DNA of 64,000 nt. It comes from Bacilli bacterium (GTDB taxonomy: Bacteria; Bacillota_I; Bacilli_A; RFN20; CAG-826). Each line of letters begins with the position of its first letter. Positions within the stretch are counted from its first letter, which is position 1. The DNA is taken from positions 1-64,000 of the forward strand of contig JAZLKX010000046.1 of NCBI GenBank assembly GCA_045597865.1, in the 5' to 3' direction. Both the position numbers and the translations under genes were made by a program. Below, in pieces: positions 20,612 through 29,499 of the stretch. The notes beneath the pieces are model-generated. The model was not told the origin of the DNA and did no database searches. It was given only the letters and a program-made list of their open reading frames with translations.

Positions 20612-20837
20612 TGATTAACCATTCTAGAGAAACACCATAATCTCTATTTAAATAGTATAACCACGCTGGTTGGAAAAATTGTCTGCTTAAATCTTTTTTG
20701 TTTCCAAGAAAATTTCTACGATCGATATTATACTTAGTAGTAAAAGTATTAATTCCTCTTATTGCTTTTACTTGTATAAGTATATCAACCGCTTGAAAAA
20801 ATCTTTCTAAAATTTTTTGAGAATCAGGGTTATTCAT
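20529..20837 (-). CDS. Small HTH regulator
   Basis: Likely start MNNPDSQ; ERFFQA...GINTFT.KYNID...YGVSLEWLI..G is an XRE-like pattern. Confidence 0.65.
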   Translation of the reverse strand: MNNPDSQKILERFFQAVDILIQVKAIRGINTFTTKYNIDRRNFLGNKKDLSRQFFQPAWLYYLNRDYGVSLEWLINDVGKVFEPNSIYYDTYECGNIQIRKK

Positions 20838-20879
20838 TTTTTTAGTATTTTTGTGGAATAATATTTGCACAAAAATATC

Positions 20880-21157
20880 TTTAAAATGAATATAAACAAA
20901 ATAAAACTCACAAAAATTTTAAAAAATGGGTGCTTTTTGTGAGCCTTATCTTGTAACTATTTGATAAACAAACCTTTAATAATTATTGTTAAAAATCATT
21001 AGATATTTCGTTTGTTTATTTTTGTTTTTATTTGTCTAAATTTAATCTACATTGCTTTTAAATGTACTTTAAAGTTTTTAATTGTTTTTAATAAAAATTG
21101 GTTTTTTTTTTGGGAGCATCCAAATTTTTAAAATCCCAATTTTTGGTTTTTTGGGTT
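20880..21157. other. Candidate attP region
   Basis: AT-rich non-coding gap directly downstream of the integrase, with phage genes on both sides. Confidence 0.4.
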
Positions 21158-22378
21158 TTAAAATAAGTCGTTGAATTTCTGCATATTTATTTCCTTTACA
21201 TCTTCAACTACCTTTAGATAATGTTTAAGAGCAGTAAAGGTTTTATGCCCAGTAAATTCCATAACAACTTCAAGAGGAATGCCCAAAGCTATTGAATTTA
21301 CAACAAAAGTTTTCCTTGCACAATGCGAGGTTATCTTGTTGTATTTGGGAGTTATTTTTTCAATTCTTGAATTTCCTTTGAAGTAATTTTTAACAATAGG
21401 TGTATCAATTCCTGCTTTTTTGCAAATTTCTTTTAGTTTTAAATTAAAAGTAATTATATCAAATCGTGGGAATACTCCTATATTGTTGAATTTTTTTTGT
21501 TGTTCTATTATGCCTTTAGAGTATTTATTCAAAGGTATTCTTAAATTTATATTTGGTTTTATAGAAAGGAAAGCTATATAATCATCATGTACATCAACCC
21601 ACTTTAGTTGTTGCATATCAGAAAATCTGAGTCCAGTGAAACAACAGAATAAAAAAGCTCTTAGACATTCACTATCACTTTCTTTTAAGTTAGGCAAAAA
21701 ATTAAAAAGTCTTTCTAATTCTTCTTTCTCTAAATAAACAATTATTGGTTCAGATTTTTTTAATTTAATGGCGTACGATAAGCCATCATTATCATATAAT
21801 CCTTGACCTTTAGCAAATCTTAGTACTGCTTTAAAACAACGTAAATATACAATACAAGTTGTATTTTGTAGATTCTTTGTATAGATTATAAAATCACAAA
21901 ATTCTTGTAATGTATTTTGCGATATATCGTTAATTTTTAGTTCGCTGTTGAAATCATTAACATTACGCATAAAATTATGATAAACTCTAACACTACCAGT
22001 TGTAATATTAGATTTATTATAATCTAAATACTTGTTAAAGATTTCGGCAAAAGATACACCTGACTCATTACTTTTAGACGAATTTATCATTTTTATTTCG
22101 TCTAAAGTAGGTATTCGATTATTTAAATATTCATTTTTTTTAAATAAATCGTCTATTTTAGTAACAATATCTCTTATTGCACTATTAACGTTACTGCATA
22201 AGTCTCTGTTTTTAGGCTTATCAGCCTTAGCCTGTTGCATCTTAGCGTTCCAACAAGTCTCAGGTATAGAATATCCTAGTCGAATATCTACTCTTTGACT
22301 ATTGAATGAAACTCTAACACGAACAGGCTTTAAATCGCTTGTGCTTTTTGCCAAGTCGAATTTAATGTTGTACTTCAT
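21158..22378 (-). CDS. int: Tyrosine integrase (arm-binding, SAM-like and catalytic domains)
   Basis: FTGLRFSD, K, HCARKTF, GH and Y catalytic residues; Bacteroidota-type N-terminal PVRVRVSFN. Confidence 0.95.
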   Translation of the reverse strand: MKYNIKFDLAKSTSDLKPVRVRVSFNSQRVDIRLGYSIPETCWNAKMQQAKADKPKNRDLCSNVNSAIRDIVTKIDDLFKKNEYLNNRIPTLDEIKMINSSKSNESGVSFAEIFNKYLDYNKSNITTGSVRVYHNFMRNVNDFNSELKINDISQNTLQEFCDFIIYTKNLQNTTCIVYLRCFKAVLRFAKGQGLYDNDGLSYAIKLKKSEPIIVYLEKEELERLFNFLPNLKESDSECLRAFLFCCFTGLRFSDMQQLKWVDVHDDYIAFLSIKPNINLRIPLNKYSKGIIEQQKKFNNIGVFPRFDIITFNLKLKEICKKAGIDTPIVKNYFKGNSRIEKITPKYNKITSHCARKTFVVNSIALGIPLEVVMEFTGHKTFTALKHYLKVVEDVKEINMQKFNDLF

Positions 22379-22383
22379 GTTGA

Positions 22384-23292
22384 TTATTTATTATTGTTTT
22401 TGATTGCTAATTCTAATAAATCTAAAGTTTTTTTATGATTATCTAAGGTAATTTGAATATTTCTTAACATAATAGTATTGTTCTCTAATATCTGATTAGA
22501 AAACTTTAAAATCTCTGTATTATTCTTAATCATTTCTTTTATTATAGAAGGTTGATTAAAAATAATCGAAGGAGAATTTTGTATTCTAGAAACAAGCTCG
22601 TAGAAATCATAAATTTCCTCTTTTTTTCTTGTTATTATCGGATAATTAGTATTAGGAATTGGTAACGATAACATATAATCTCCATCATCTAATAGCGATA
22701 TTCTTTTTATCATTTTCCCATCGTTTACAGTATCAACTAGATATACGCCTTGGTGACGAACTTCATTAAATGATACTTTCTTAATACAAATCCAATCTCC
22801 TTGAAGCAAATAAGGTTCTAGTTCTCTTGAACATATTTGATAAGCAAATGTGCAATTTGGAATAAGACTAGACGGATCTTCTTTCAAAGGTTCGCCTAAA
22901 CAATATTCCTCTAGACTAATATTATTTATGGCATTTAAATCACATTCGATTATTTTGCCTTCTTTACAGCCTATTATGTGTTTTGTATTGCTTTCTGCTT
23001 CGGTTATGTTGTTATTACTACCGATAACGTGATTGTTATTACCATTTACATTTTGATAATTGTTATATCTTGGCAAAAACATTTCGTTATCATTACCTGT
23101 AATATAATTCGGATTTATATTAAATTTTTCCGATAATAACTTCAAGAAAGATTCAGAAATCTTTTCTTTCCCTGTTGTAATACCAACATAATATTGGTAA
23201 GAAAGACCTAAGAAGTCAGCAATTTGCTTCTTTTTAAAGATTCCATATTGCTTACTTGCTTCTAAAATACAATTTTCTAATCGTTTTAACAT
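22384..23292 (-). CDS. CI-like repressor (XRE HTH plus S24-like domain)
   Basis: KKQIADFLG...FNINPNYITG HTH; SRELEPYLLQGD...MIKR resembles a diverged S24 fold. Confidence 0.75.
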   Translation of the reverse strand: MLKRLENCILEASKQYGIFKKKQIADFLGLSYQYYVGITTGKEKISESFLKLLSEKFNINPNYITGNDNEMFLPRYNNYQNVNGNNNHVIGSNNNITEAESNTKHIIGCKEGKIIECDLNAINNISLEEYCLGEPLKEDPSSLIPNCTFAYQICSRELEPYLLQGDWICIKKVSFNEVRHQGVYLVDTVNDGKMIKRISLLDDGDYMLSLPIPNTNYPIITRKKEEIYDFYELVSRIQNSPSIIFNQPSIIKEMIKNNTEILKFSNQILENNTIMLRNIQITLDNHKKTLDLLELAIKNNNK

Positions 23293-23317
23293 TTTGATTT
23301 TTAATTAATTCAAATAA

Positions 23318-23408
23318 AATATTAAGATAAAATAAAAATAATCCTTAATAATATTAAGATATATTAATTATTATAACTACATTTGTAGCGTTTGTGGGTG
23401 CAAATGTA
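23318..23408. promoter_or_regulatory. Opposed promoters and operator (genetic switch)
   Basis: TACATTTG on + (23378-85) and on - (23401-08); palindrome CTTAAT-AAT-ATTAAG at 23344-58. Confidence 0.65.
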
Positions 23409-23448
23409 TATTAAAAATAATTAAAAGCAAATAAAAATTAAGAAAAAA

Positions 23449-23805
23449 ATGAATAATGAGAATAAATATGTAGAAAGACTTATTCAAGAGTGTAATATTT
23501 CTCTTGAAAAGCATAACATATTATATAAAGAAAATCAAATAAAGCTAGATGAGATAATCGACAAAGTTGATAACATTAAAGAATGGATAAATGGTTCAAA
23601 TTTGATAACAAAAGAAGCATTTGCTAATTTGTGTAATGTTAAACCACAAACAATCCATAAGAGATTACTAGAAGGATTGTATGAAACTCCCAAAGGTTAT
23701 ACTGAGAGAGCATATTACAATCAAGGTAATCAAGGAAATCAACTATTCGTTATCCCACTAGCATTAGAATATTACGAAATAAATCTAAATAATGAATGTA
23801 AATAA
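23449..23805 (+). CDS. Xis/Cro-like HTH protein
   Basis: LITKEAFANLCNVKPQTIHKRL wHTH; divergent from the repressor. Confidence 0.6.
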   Translation: MNNENKYVERLIQECNISLEKHNILYKENQIKLDEIIDKVDNIKEWINGSNLITKEAFANLCNVKPQTIHKRLLEGLYETPKGYTERAYYNQGNQGNQLFVIPLALEYYEINLNNECK

Positions 23806-24694
23806 TATAATCGGATATATCTCACTTTATCGCCAAATATTTAATTGGCAATGGTGGGATAATATCCCTACTAGAAATGTATTTATAGTATGCTTGCTCT
23901 TAGCCAATTACAAAGATACAGATACATTAAAAAGAGGTCAATTAATGACTTCTATAAAAGAGATTTCAATGTTATCTTGCTTCTCAATACAAGAGGTAAG
24001 AACTGCTATAAAAAATTTAAAAAAGACAAACGAGATAGTTATAAAATCAACAAACAATGGTAGTATTATAACTATCTCTAAATATGATATTTATCAAACA
24101 AATTTCGATATTGCTAACAAACAACTAACAAGCAATCAACAAGCTAATAACAAACAACTAACAAACAATCAACAACTACCAAATAATAATATAAGTAATA
24201 AAGAAATAATTATTAATAAAAATGAAAAAAAATGCGTTTACAGCGAAGATTTTATCAAGGATATACTAACTAACCTAAACATTGTTTTAAAGCCGAAATA
24301 TCTAAAGAATTTCGTTGATTTTAATAACAATTTAGGTTGGAAGTATGAGCCTGAACTCGCTGTATATAAATTCATAGATGTTAATAAATTTTCGGTAGAT
24401 TACAAAGCAATAAAAAAATTAAAAGAAATTAAAGAAAGTTGCGCCAAAGAAATTGATAATAAGGCAGTTGCTTTATGGAATTGTTTTATAAAAAAAGCAA
24501 CTGAAAATTTAAACAAAGTAGAAATTAAAACGTGGTTTTTACCAATAAAACCTATAAAACTAGAGTCCAATACATTGACTATTTCTGTACCAAGTACATT
24601 CTTTAGGGAATATATCGAAACTAATTTTATAGATCTTATAAGTAAATTATTGAGAGAGTTAGGTGTTAATAACTTATTATATGTTATTCAATAG
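23792..24694 (+). CDS. Phage replication initiator with C-terminal DnaA-N-like domain
   Basis: GYISLYR...WQWW...LLLAN...RGQ wHTH, low-complexity iteron linker, C-terminal TWFLPIKPI...LTISVPSTFFREYIE. Confidence 0.85.
   Translation: MNVNNIIGYISLYRQIFNWQWWDNIPTRNVFIVCLLLANYKDTDTLKRGQLMTSIKEISMLSCFSIQEVRTAIKNLKKTNEIVIKSTNNGSIITISKYDIYQTNFDIANKQLTSNQQANNKQLTNNQQLPNNNISNKEIIINKNEKKCVYSEDFIKDILTNLNIVLKPKYLKNFVDFNNNLGWKYEPELAVYKFIDVNKFSVDYKAIKKLKEIKESCAKEIDNKAVALWNCFIKKATENLNKVEIKTWFLPIKPIKLESNTLTISVPSTFFREYIETNFIDLISKLLRELGVNNLLYVIQ
24115..24175 (+). repeat. Iteron-like direct repeats (putative ori)
   Basis: Two 28-bp copies of TAACAAACAACTAACAARCAATCAACAA at 24115 and 24148, one mismatch. Confidence 0.75.
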
Positions 24695-24748
24695 TATTGT
24701 ATAAAACCAAAAAACCTTCTTTTGGTTTTGTTAAATAAATTATAGTTA

Positions 24749-25078
24749 TTACCACCATGTCGTCCAACAGCTATTTTCGTTGGTATCACATATTTCTTCC
24801 CATTGTTCAGGAGTAAAGTTTTGGTGAAGACAGTCGTCGGAGCAGTAATAACTATCTCCTCCGTCATATATATAACCTTCGTCCATCAATTTTCCGCAAA
24901 TTGAGCATTGACGAACTTCTTTTTTCTCGCTGAAGTAATTAATAAAGTCATTTTCTATACTATTCCAAATGTCGTTGGAATAATATTCTAGGAACTCGTT
25001 TATTTCTTCTTCTGAGAAAAATTCTTTTTCTGAGCCTTTGAATTTTTGCTCCAAGTATGTTTTTAAAATGTTTTTCAT
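24749..25078 (-). CDS. Zn-finger-like hypothetical protein
   Basis: CSICG..MDEGY...YYCSDDCL. Confidence 0.65.
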   Translation of the reverse strand: MKNILKTYLEQKFKGSEKEFFSEEEINEFLEYYSNDIWNSIENDFINYFSEKKEVRQCSICGKLMDEGYIYDGGDSYYCSDDCLHQNFTPEQWEEICDTNENSCWTTWW

Positions 25079-25079
25079 A

Positions 25080-25346
25080 TTATAAGTTTTTATTGATATT
25101 TTCTGATTCTTTTTCTAAAATTTCTATCATATATGATATGTTAATGGAATTCTTAGTCTCTAAGATTTTCCATAATTTATTTAAAACATTTCCGAAAATT
25201 TCATCAAGACGATTTTCACGCTCACATCTATAAGCGTATTCAAATGTTTCTTGCTCAAACTCTTCGATTTTTTTAATATCTTCTTTCGTCAATTTTACCG
25301 ACAAATTAGATATTAAATTTTCTATTCTTTTTTCTTCTTCTGTCAT
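25080..25346 (-). CDS. Hypothetical protein
   Basis: ORF chain. Confidence 0.55.
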   Translation of the reverse strand: MTEEEKRIENLISNLSVKLTKEDIKKIEEFEQETFEYAYRCERENRLDEIFGNVLNKLWKILETKNSINISYMIEILEKESENINKNL

Positions 25347-25447
25347 AAAAATTTAAATTTTCGCCAAATAATACAGCATTTCTTCTTTGACATCGGCAAT
25401 TTCTTGTGCCTTAGCCATTTTTATTTGTTCTATTAGTTCTTTCATGA

Positions 25448-25798
25448 TTAAAAGTTTTTAGGTGCTAATGCTATTTTAACTAAACTATTCAAATTATCAA
25501 CTCTTCTCAGTAAATATACTGATGGAGCGTAAGCCATATGTAAGAAACCGTATGGCTCTTTGATTATATATTTTTTTAGGTATGGTCTTAAATCAAATAA
25601 CCAACCACCTTTACGGTAACAACCTTCTTTTAGAAGATGATCAACCCCAAAATTAGAAGAGCTGGAATATTTTTCTTCTAACCAGTCTTCTATATTATCT
25701 CCGTCACATAGAGAAAAAATCTCAGGTATTGTTTTTGGGTTTTCTACGAAGGCTCTGTATTCAATGCCTTCTTTTGTTTTACTGATGGTGTAATTCAT
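25448..25798 (-). CDS. Hypothetical protein
   Basis: ORF chain. Confidence 0.6.
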   Translation of the reverse strand: MNYTISKTKEGIEYRAFVENPKTIPEIFSLCDGDNIEDWLEEKYSSSSNFGVDHLLKEGCYRKGGWLFDLRPYLKKYIIKEPYGFLHMAYAPSVYLLRRVDNLNSLVKIALAPKNF

Positions 25799-25930
25799 TT
25801 TCTAATTCATATTTATATTCTAATAATTCAATATTAGAAAGGGTTTTAATATATTTTATTTTCCCATTAGATATACCTACACCAGTATGTATTTGGCTTA
25901 GTAAGTCATCTAATGCTATTACTTCATTTA

Positions 25931-26329
25931 TTAATTCTTCTCTTTCCATTTTTTTAATATTTTTAAAATTTTTAAATCTTGTTCGTCTTTAGCCCAATGA
26001 TTACGTACTCCAAAATCTATATGGTCATCGTAAACCTTGGCAATATTTTTGTTTTTTATATAATCCTTGACTAGTGGATTTTGCAATACATTTTGAAATG
26101 TTTTTGGTTTCTTTCGTTTCTCAATGTTTCTTTTTGCTATTTCAACGTCTAACCTGAATTTATCTGACTTGACTAAGTTGTAGACTTTTATGCCAACAAC
26201 TCTGTCGAAAGACTTTCTCATATTAAGTCTATAATGTGGCAGATTATTGTCTCTTGCTTTAGAAACAACATTCATCCAATATAGTTTTACTACAGCTTTC
26301 CAAACTTCTTTTTCTTTGAATTTTGCCAT
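25931..26329 (-). CDS. Hypothetical basic protein
   Basis: ORF chain. Confidence 0.6.
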   Translation of the reverse strand: MAKFKEKEVWKAVVKLYWMNVVSKARDNNLPHYRLNMRKSFDRVVGIKVYNLVKSDKFRLDVEIAKRNIEKRKKPKTFQNVLQNPLVKDYIKNKNIAKVYDDHIDFGVRNHWAKDEQDLKILKILKKWKEKN

Positions 26330-26345
26330 TGTATTTTTTTTATAT

Positions 26346-26531
26346 TTATAAAGGTATTTCTATAGTTTCAGCTTCATCAAAAGCTGTTGTACATGTATAA
26401 TCAGAATCATCTAGTACAATTTCTTCATTTTTATACATTTCTTCTACTTTTTCAAAAGCATCATCTAATGAATCTGCTTCCACCTCTACACATCTTGAGA
26501 GGATTTCTTTTACATAAATTTTGTGTTTCAT
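26346..26531 (-). CDS. DpnD/PcfM-like protein
   Basis: VKEILSRCVEVEADSLDDAFEKVEEMYKNEEIVLDDSDY. Confidence 0.8.
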   Translation of the reverse strand: MKHKIYVKEILSRCVEVEADSLDDAFEKVEEMYKNEEIVLDDSDYTCTTAFDEAETIEIPL

Positions 26532-26542
26532 ATTCTTTATTT

Positions 26543-26965
26543 TTAAATTTTAAAATTATCGAGAAGATTATTTGTTTCTTCTCTTTGTTTTTTATATTCA
26601 TTTATACTTTTTTCTATCTCACTTTTTATTAATGACCAATTTTTAGCCATCAAGAGTGCGATTTCAATTGTTTGATAGTCCTCTTCGTTGTATGAATATC
26701 GACTTTTTTCTTTTGTTATATTATAGTCGACAAAGTTTCCATCTTCACAATATCCACCTACATAAAAATATTCGTATCTTGATTTAGCTGGGTCAAGATA
26801 AAAATAGAGGTCGCAATAACCTCTAAAAGAAGAGATTCTTCTTCTTTCAACAAAGAATAATCTCTTCTTTTTAAAATCTTCTTTTCGAGCGTATGGCTCA
26901 AGATTAAGATTTATATAATCTATCATTTCAGATAGAATTTTTTTTGCTTTTTCTAGATTTTCCAT
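26543..26965 (-). CDS. Hypothetical protein
   Basis: Likely start MENLEK, downstream of the palindrome. Confidence 0.6.
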   Translation of the reverse strand: MENLEKAKKILSEMIDYINLNLEPYARKEDFKKKRLFFVERRRISSFRGYCDLYFYLDPAKSRYEYFYVGGYCEDGNFVDYNITKEKSRYSYNEEDYQTIEIALLMAKNWSLIKSEIEKSINEYKKQREETNNLLDNFKI

Positions 26966-26995
26966 TTTATAAATTGTTTTGATTATAAATTTTAA

Positions 26996-27027
26996 TTTTG
27001 GTAGTGAAATCGATTTCACTACCAAAA
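26996..27027. repeat. Perfect 32-bp palindrome
   Basis: TTTTGGTAGTGAAATC|GATTTCACTACCAAAA. Confidence 0.9.
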
Positions 27028-27031
27028 AGGG

Positions 27032-27244
27032 TTAAACATTTTTGTACATATCATGAATTGCGTTTTGTATTTCGCAATCCTTTTCGAAAATACTGTTGTT
27101 AATTGTGGCAACAGCGATCGCTCTCACTCTGAAAGCATCGCTAGTTGTGTCGCCGTGATTGACAACAGTTGTCAACTCGTTTACAGCATCATATAACTGT
27201 CTTACGAGTTCTTTTTTTTCTTGATTTAGTTTTTTTACGTTCAT
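27032..27244 (-). CDS. Hypothetical protein
   Basis: ORF chain. Confidence 0.55.
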   Translation of the reverse strand: MNVKKLNQEKKELVRQLYDAVNELTTVVNHGDTTSDAFRVRAIAVATINNSIFEKDCEIQNAIHDMYKNV

Positions 27245-27483
27245 GCTAAACCCTCCTCTATAAATTTTGAATATACTTCATTAAGGAAATCATAGTCTCT
27301 TCTTTTAAGAGACAAATATCTTGCTTCCAAACGTCCTTCTTGTTCTTTTGGAATTTTGTTTTGTTCTCTTTTGATTTCCTCAAGTAGGTTACAAGCATAA
27401 TCTTCTATGCTAGGACCTAATATTTTTGCCTCGTCTTCAGATAAATACAAGGCATATTTGTTTTTATTTTTTTTTAATTCCAT
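27241..27483 (-). CDS. Hypothetical protein
   Basis: ORF chain. Confidence 0.55.
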   Translation of the reverse strand: MELKKNKNKYALYLSEDEAKILGPSIEDYACNLLEEIKREQNKIPKEQEGRLEARYLSLKRRDYDFLNEVYSKFIEEGLA

Positions 27484-28214
27484 TCTATTACTATTTTTCG
27501 GTTTGTTTCACTAAATGATGCTAGTTTTTCTTCTACCTCCTTGATATTATTAATATCACCACTAGGAAGTTCGTGTGCCATTATTGTATAAATGCAACCA
27601 TCGTTGCCAATAATTTCATCACCTTCGGGTTGGAATTGTTTAAAGTTATGGTTTACCCTGTCTCCTATAAACAATACCATTCTATCAATGGCTTCGTCAA
27701 TTTCTTGGTCTGACATTGTTTTATCTTTGACAAGGAAATAACATTCGTAAGAGTCATAGGAACAATCTAAATTTACTTTCTTGTAAATGACTTTTTTGTT
27801 CATTCTTTTATTAAGAGCCCATAGAATGAACTCTTTGTCATAAGAACTGAATTCATCTGTCAGTTTATCTAGTTCTTTATCGTCTTCATCATAGTATGAT
27901 GAACGATATAAACTGTCAATATCAACTCCAAAACCTTTTTCTATTTCTGTTAATCTCCATTCTTCTCTATTTTGAGTAAAGTGAATAACAACCTTGAATC
28001 TATCATCAAGATAGTTCTCAGTAAATTCATCGATACCTAAATATGGACCTGCTAGTTTAATCCATTTCTCATTTTTTGACTGATAAATCAAATGGTCTCT
28101 TTCAGATATACAAGAAGCCATTTTTTTTATATCTTCTTCTGACAAATGATGTCTTTGGCAGAAGTTAGATATGTAACTTTCGTATTCTTTAATTTTGTTT
28201 TTTAATTCTTCCAT
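27474..28214 (-). CDS. Hypothetical protein
   Basis: 246-aa ORF. Confidence 0.65.
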   Translation of the reverse strand: MEELKNKIKEYESYISNFCQRHHLSEEDIKKMASCISERDHLIYQSKNEKWIKLAGPYLGIDEFTENYLDDRFKVVIHFTQNREEWRLTEIEKGFGVDIDSLYRSSYYDEDDKELDKLTDEFSSYDKEFILWALNKRMNKKVIYKKVNLDCSYDSYECYFLVKDKTMSDQEIDEAIDRMVLFIGDRVNHNFKQFQPEGDEIIGNDGCIYTIMAHELPSGDINNIKEVEEKLASFSETNRKIVIEWN

Positions 28215-28690
28215 TATAATCCCTTTATAAATTGTTTTACTTCTTCAATTAATTTTTTTAAATCAGTATCTGATTCTCTAATATAATATTGATCATCGTA
28301 TTTATGATGTTTACGATATACATGGATAATACCATCGGTATAAACATAGCAAGTAAAGCAATGTCTATTAGGAACTGCTTTTCTTAGTTTTTCAAGACTA
28401 AATTCTCCTTCTAATAATTTTAGATTACTAGAAAAGAAAATAATATGGATATTGCTAATTGGAGTTAATCCAAAATGTTTTTCAGTTGCTTTTTTTTCTT
28501 CCGTTTTTTTGATTTTGAAAATAATATCAAAGGTTTTTAAAGAATTGTCAGATCAATAATTTAAAACCTTTGGTTTGTATTCCTTTAGTTCTTCAAGGAT
28601 AAAATCAATTTCTTCCTTTGTATAAGGAAGGTTATTACCAATAAAATTGTAGGCTTTTTGCCAATCTGTATTGTCTTTAAAGTGTATCAT
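28214..28690 (-). pseudogene. 159-codon ORF interrupted by an in-frame TGA
   Basis: ATG 28690 to TAA 28214 in one frame, with a single TGA at 28553-55. Confidence 0.6.
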
Positions 28691-28976
28691 TTTACTAAAT
28701 TTTTTGCTACGGTCTTAGCAAGACAAACCTTCATAGATAAGCTTATACTTGTTTCACCGTGTTTATTAAATGCTTTTTTAATGAATTGAGGAATAGGATA
28801 AGGAATTACGAAATCCCAAAAATCAAGTGGAATATTATTGAAATGTTCGTCTTTAGAGAACTTTCTTTATTGTATCTTGACAATATTACTTCCGATATAT
28901 ATTCTGTAACTCCTTTTTGATTAGCTATTGATGAATAAAATTCATCAAAAGATTTAAAATCTTCTCTTGTTTTCAT
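28687..28976 (-). pseudogene. Frameshifted hypothetical gene
   Basis: MKTREDF... shifts near 28860 into KDEHFNNIPLDFWD...SLSMKVCLAK, which ends in an ATGA overlap; span is 290 nt. Confidence 0.6.
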
Positions 28977-28981
28977 TTTTT

Positions 28982-29275
28982 TCAAATATTAATTGTTGGT
29001 AAATCTTCGTTAAACTTTTCTTTAAATATTCTTTCGAAGGTTTCTCCGTCGATTCGGCTTTCTTTTGCACCTCCATCTATTAGATTTAGATGCTTACCCG
29101 TGGTTTGTTTCCAATCGTTCTTGCGAACATATTTATTGCCTTATTTGTCTTGGAAAGCAACTAATGTTGAATATGAAAACCAAAGGGTTCTGTTTTCGTC
29201 TGATATTCTAAGAGTATGAACTCCGTAATTCTTAGAAGAAGAATTACCGTAATTTGAAATAACTAAATTTTCCAT
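28982..29275 (-). pseudogene. Conserved small phage protein with an in-frame TAA
   Basis: LWFSYSTLVAFQDK*GNKYVRKNDWKQTTGKHLNLIDGG; stop at 29141-43. Confidence 0.7.
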
Positions 29276-29289
29276 TTTTTAAATTATTA

Positions 29290-29315
29290 AGCGGTTTGAT
29301 GCAATCTCCCCGCTG
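29290..29315 (-). repeat. Conserved intergenic hairpin, copy 2
   Basis: + strand AGCGG-TTTGATGCAATCTCC-CCGCT. Confidence 0.75.
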
Positions 29316-29319
29316 GTTA

Positions 29320-29499
29320 TTAACTCATTTTAGTTAAGAGATAATTTTCTGTTATTTTATCTCTCAAAAGAATTTCAATCTCTTCTTTTGTAACATTTTT
29401 CTTCAAAAGATACTTTCTCAAATGTTTAAAATTTTCTAAGTCTGAGAAATATCCTATTATTCCTTTTGTGTTTTCTAGTCTATAAATTTGTTCTTTCAT
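29320..29499 (-). CDS. 59-aa hypothetical protein (not in the ORF track)
   Basis: TAATG overlap with the upstream gene; MKEQIYRLENTKG. Confidence 0.5.
   Translation of the reverse strand: MKEQIYRLENTKGIIGYFSDLENFKHLRKYLLKKNVTKEEIEILLRDKITENYLLTKMS

Noticed and set aside
20968-20996. dif-like site AACCTTTAATAATTATTGTTAAAA downstream of the integrase
   Set aside because: The XerD-like half is imperfect and the spacer length does not fit; kept only as part of the candidate attP region.
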